Source of the DNA: Neoconidiobolus thromboides FSU 785
Lineage: Eukaryota; Fungi; Entomophthoromycota
Assembly (NCBI GenBank): GCA_025603075.1
Contig: MU626288.1
Location: 62,001 to 126,000, forward strand
Direction: 5' to 3'
DNA: 64,000 bases
A program made the translations under genes and the position numbers. Under the pieces are notes generated by a model. That model saw only the letters and a list, made by a program, of their open reading frames with translations. It made no database searches and was not told the DNA's origin. How positions within the stretch are numbered: the stretch's first letter is position 1; every line of letters begins with the position of its first letter. Of the stretch, positions 61,701 to 64,000 are shown one piece after another.

Positions 61701-64000
61701 GAGTTAATACAGTGAATGAAGGCATTCTTTCAACTGATACAGGCTCTGGTAATACAGTTGATAAACTTTGAGCAAAGAAAGAGATACGACGATCAGCTTC
61801 ACTTCCTGGTGGATAAAACTCAGCATTCAACGATTGATCTTCTTGAGCTACGAAAAAAGTAGGTGGTTTAAGAGTACGTTTTCCTTCTTGCTCACCAGCT
61901 ACTTGTTGGAATAAAAGTCTCTGTAAATGATCAATAGATAACAAGTGATCTCTATACATAGAAACAATAATAGAATTCCAAATTTGAGAAGTTAGAAACT
62001 TTGGCTTATATTTAATTTCCATTTCACCACTAGCTAATATCTTGGCATGAATACGTTTAGGTAAACGTGAAAAAATATTTTTCCAAGGACTTAAAATTGA
62101 AATACCTAAATAAAATGAAAGTGCAACTGAGAAGATAGAATTCCATACAATATACCAAAAATAGGTATCAAGGAAAAAAAGAATTAAATCTAAAAACGTC
62201 ATAATCGCAAGGATAACATAACCCATGTGTTTACAAACCATGTCACCCAATAAAGCATCAGAACAATCTGAAAGATCTACCTCAGCCATACTTCTAAACG
62301 GATCTTTAAATGAAAGTGCAAGAAACAGATACGATTCAATCAGTTTGCATATGAAAATTAAGGACCACATACTTATTGAAACAAATCGATCTTGCCATTT
62401 TAATTCTGGAAAATTAGCAGTAAAAGAGCGGTTGGTGAGTCCAGAATCGCCTCCGTTTTCTTCACGTTTACCATTATATACAAATAATGAAGCTGAGGGT
62501 GTGATGGATATAATACAAGTTACAATAACGGAAATGATAAGCTGAACTATGGAAAGAATTAAAGCGATAGTATTTCTTCTATTAACTAATGCTATATAAA
62601 AGATAGGACCAATACAAAGCACAGCTAAACAAAAGAGGCAAAATATTCTAAAAGATATTTTACGAATGTTTTTTGTGCTTGAAGGTATAAAAAATAACTC
62701 ACAAATACTAGAAAAGATAGTAATAAGACATCCAAGACCACCACCTAAGGCAGTAACGGATAATCTCATTGGAATATCATCTGGATCTGGCTTTTTGGGA
62801 TCTTCAGTATAATATTCATAAATGAAAGTAGCGTTCGCGAATAAATAATAATAAAACATAACAAAGTGGAATACCCAGATACGATTAAAATTGGTAAGTA
62901 AATGAAGGCATGTACGACGTTCTTTATAAGTTTTATAAAACGCTTTTTTCCATACTACTTTTTCAATATTTTCAAAACGTTGGTCATACGGCAAATCAAT
63001 CAACTTGGTTTTATCTTCAAGTATTATACGTTCAATACCACTTTTAGACCAAAATAGTTCATTAACATCATCATAACCAATAATATTAGCATGGTCTCTT
63101 TCTCTCTTAAAGTACTTTCCATTGATTTTTTCAAAGGATTGGTCTCTAACAAATTGATAAAGTGGTGTAACTACTTTTCGTAAGAATTCTCCTTCATTGA
63201 CTTGATATTGAGATTCAGGATTTAATTCATTAGTTGCATCCAAGCATATTTTGAATATAAAACATAGACATTCTGGTGAATAACGAAGAGTGAGTCCTTC
63301 ACCCCAAATCAACAGATACAACGCAATCTGTAGAACTTTCTTTTCAGGTGCTAATTTATCCATCCTACGTCTCCAGCGAGAACGGATTTTAGCTTCATTT
63401 CTAGCTTTAGTTTGTTTGTCGTTGTTTTCTTCTTCTTCAGTCTCATTAACAAGTGGTTCATAACCATCTTGATGGAGTTGGGTACAGAATAACCACTTTC
63501 TATAATTGGCATATTCCCCACCAATATAATCAGCATGGAGAGTTGTAAGAGCTAGAGTAGGTGGCATACGCGACGCTCTTGAATCGAGCATAGTCATCAT
63601 TGCTTCGTATGTGTTTTCTAAGTTATCCAATTGGAAACCAAATCGACTCCTTAAGAGTACAAACACACCATAAATATCTTCGGATGATAAAGGGGCGCCT
63701 TTCTCTAATGACCAAGCTGGGAAGGAAGGGTCATTATCTGGATCAGTAGGCTCAACACCAGGTAAGGTAGGATAAGAACTTAATCCACCATTCCAAGAGT
63801 TTGATTTAGACAAGGACCCAGATCCTGTTCTAGTAAATTTTCTATTTTCTAGCTTAGCTAATAATGACTCAGAAGATGGAGCATATTGGAAGTATCTTCC
63901 TTCATCTATGGTTCCAAAGTTGAGTGACCTATTGAGATCAAAATCAGCTGAAACTCCAGATAAGGGAGTATGAGCTCTTAGACGAGCATTTAGTTGTGAG
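58732..64000 (-). CDS. FKS1: 1,3-beta-glucan synthase catalytic subunit (5' end beyond the window)
   Basis: Motifs IGGEYANYRKW, YLLIWGE, RIWASLRSQTLYRT, ILGDGKADNQNH, HYGHPDF, GLHLNEDIYAG. The frame stays open from 63813 to the window edge. Confidence 0.97.
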   Translation of the reverse strand, partial: SQLNARLRAHTPLSGVSADFDLNRSLNFGTIDEGRYFQYAPSSESLLAKLENRKFTRTGSGSLSKSNSWNGGLSSYPTLPGVEPTDPDNDPSFPAWSLEKGAPLSSEDIYGVFVLLRSRFGFQLDNLENTYEAMMTMLDSRASRMPPTLALTTLHADYIGGEYANYRKWLFCTQLHQDGYEPLVNETEEEENNDKQTKARNEAKIRSRWRRRMDKLAPEKKVLQIALYLLIWGEGLTLRYSPECLCFIFKICLDATNELNPESQYQVNEGEFLRKVVTPLYQFVRDQSFEKINGKYFKRERDHANIIGYDDVNELFWSKSGIERIILEDKTKLIDLPYDQRFENIEKVVWKKAFYKTYKERRTCLHLLTNFNRIWVFHFVMFYYYLFANATFIYEYYTEDPKKPDPDDIPMRLSVTALGGGLGCLITIFSSICELFFIPSSTKNIRKISFRIFCLFCLAVLCIGPIFYIALVNRRNTIALILSIVQLIISVIVTCIISITPSASLFVYNGKREENGGDSGLTNRSFTANFPELKWQDRFVSISMWSLIFICKLIESYLFLALSFKDPFRSMAEVDLSDCSDALLGDMVCKHMGYVILAIMTFLDLILFFLDTYFWYIVWNSIFSVALSFYLGISILSPWKNIFSRLPKRIHAKILASGEMEIKYKPKFLTSQIWNSIIVSMYRDHLLSIDHLQRLLFQQVAGEQEGKRTLKPPTFFVAQEDQSLNAEFYPPGSEADRRISFFAQSLSTVLPEPVSVERMPSFTVLTPHYSEKILLTLREIIREEDRQTRVTLLEYLKSLHSFEWMNFINDTKVLEEENTVYTDEDPPSSIRSFSGYSADEKSEIDDLPLYYVGFKSASPEYVLRTRIWASLRSQTLYRTISGFMNYARAIKALYRVENPDMVKLYSGHGNMLERKIDIMVRRKFRFLISMQRYCSFTAAEKEDVEFLLKAYPDLQIAYLLEITRETEDGPEVQYFSCLIDGHCEKLEDGSRKPRYMIELPGHPILGDGKADNQNHSIIFTRGEYIQLIDANQDNYLEEAMKIRNILAEFEGFEVDSSISPYSGHAKDHYKPPVAIVGAREYIFSENIGVLGDVAAGKEQTFGTMTQRIMAKIGGKLHYGHPDFLNSIFMNTRGGVSKAQKGLHLNEDIYAGMNAFQRGGRIKHIEYYQCGKGRDLGFSSILSFNTKIGTGMGEQILSREQYYLGTQLPLDRFLTFYYAHPGFHVNNVMITIATQLLMVVLLGLGSLYVTNENICEQNEDLTAAPKPTGCFNVWPILSWIVATIISIFIVFAISYLPFFLQVFSEQGFTRTLLRLGKHFLSFSPVFEIFANQIYSASLLSNLSYGGATYIATGRGFATTRTSFANLYSRFAASSIYSGVRIFFMILFASINIWVPHYIYFWIMALSLCIAPFLFNPHEFSPVDFILDYRDFIKWLSAGNSTQTKYSWVTHCRILRTKVTGYKRRKLGQVDHSAPTPRANKWALIFPQVIFPILSAVVMVAIYSYLGSMTGRKHAIFRVGAAALGPIALNAAVLLVLFFVSLLMGPIVNMCFKPFGNIIAGIAHGWSVLVVIIFFLLLLMLENWELPSAILGMIASVFVQRAIFQIIESLLLTRETSNEACNVAWWTGRWGSQGLGFMALTQPLREFLCKIIEMSYFATDFITGHFIMIVLFPVTLVPLIDRWHSAMLFWLRPSQQIPAPIYSVKQIKKRRRRYIGYLILFILVEVILLAVLIVPALIGSKIGFKPSSISFLKDYLI

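Noticed and set aside
23702-64000. ROM2 and FKS1 as a cell-wall-integrity cluster
   Set aside because: They are about 31 kb apart with many unrelated genes between; chance is sufficient.

Overview
AT-rich, intron-rich eukaryotic DNA from a fungus. The short GT-AG introns, the FKS1, ROM2 and PRM10 genes and the base composition suggest an early-diverging lineage, possibly Entomophthorales/Zoopagomycota (inference). Conserved genes, in order: mitochondrial PPR protein, TRAPPC11, PRM10/ThrE-family membrane protein, cytochrome P450, P2C-type P-ATPase, Tgl1-like lipase, Rom2-like RhoGEF, DinB-like protein, an orphan N/D/Y-rich protein, C1-THF synthase, Cid1/Cid13-like nucleotidyltransferase, Dre2, GH13_5 alpha-amylase, Ptc7, Cia2/MIP18 and Fks1 (5' end beyond the window). 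Accessory structure not shown by the ORF track: (1) about 19 intergenic copies of a ~103-bp terminal-inverted-repeat element (MITE-like); (2) a cluster of cysteine-free small secreted protein paralogues at 37.8-43.8 kb (3 intact, 3 decayed); (3) a tandem array of B12D/NDUFA4-like micro-proteins at 53.2-58.1 kb (4 intact, 3 pseudogenes, ~500-bp period) sharing a promoter motif; (4) a short upstream exon that would add a mitochondrial presequence to C1-THF synthase. Exon boundaries were read by eye and may be off by a few bases. No rRNA, tRNA or CRISPR array was recognised.
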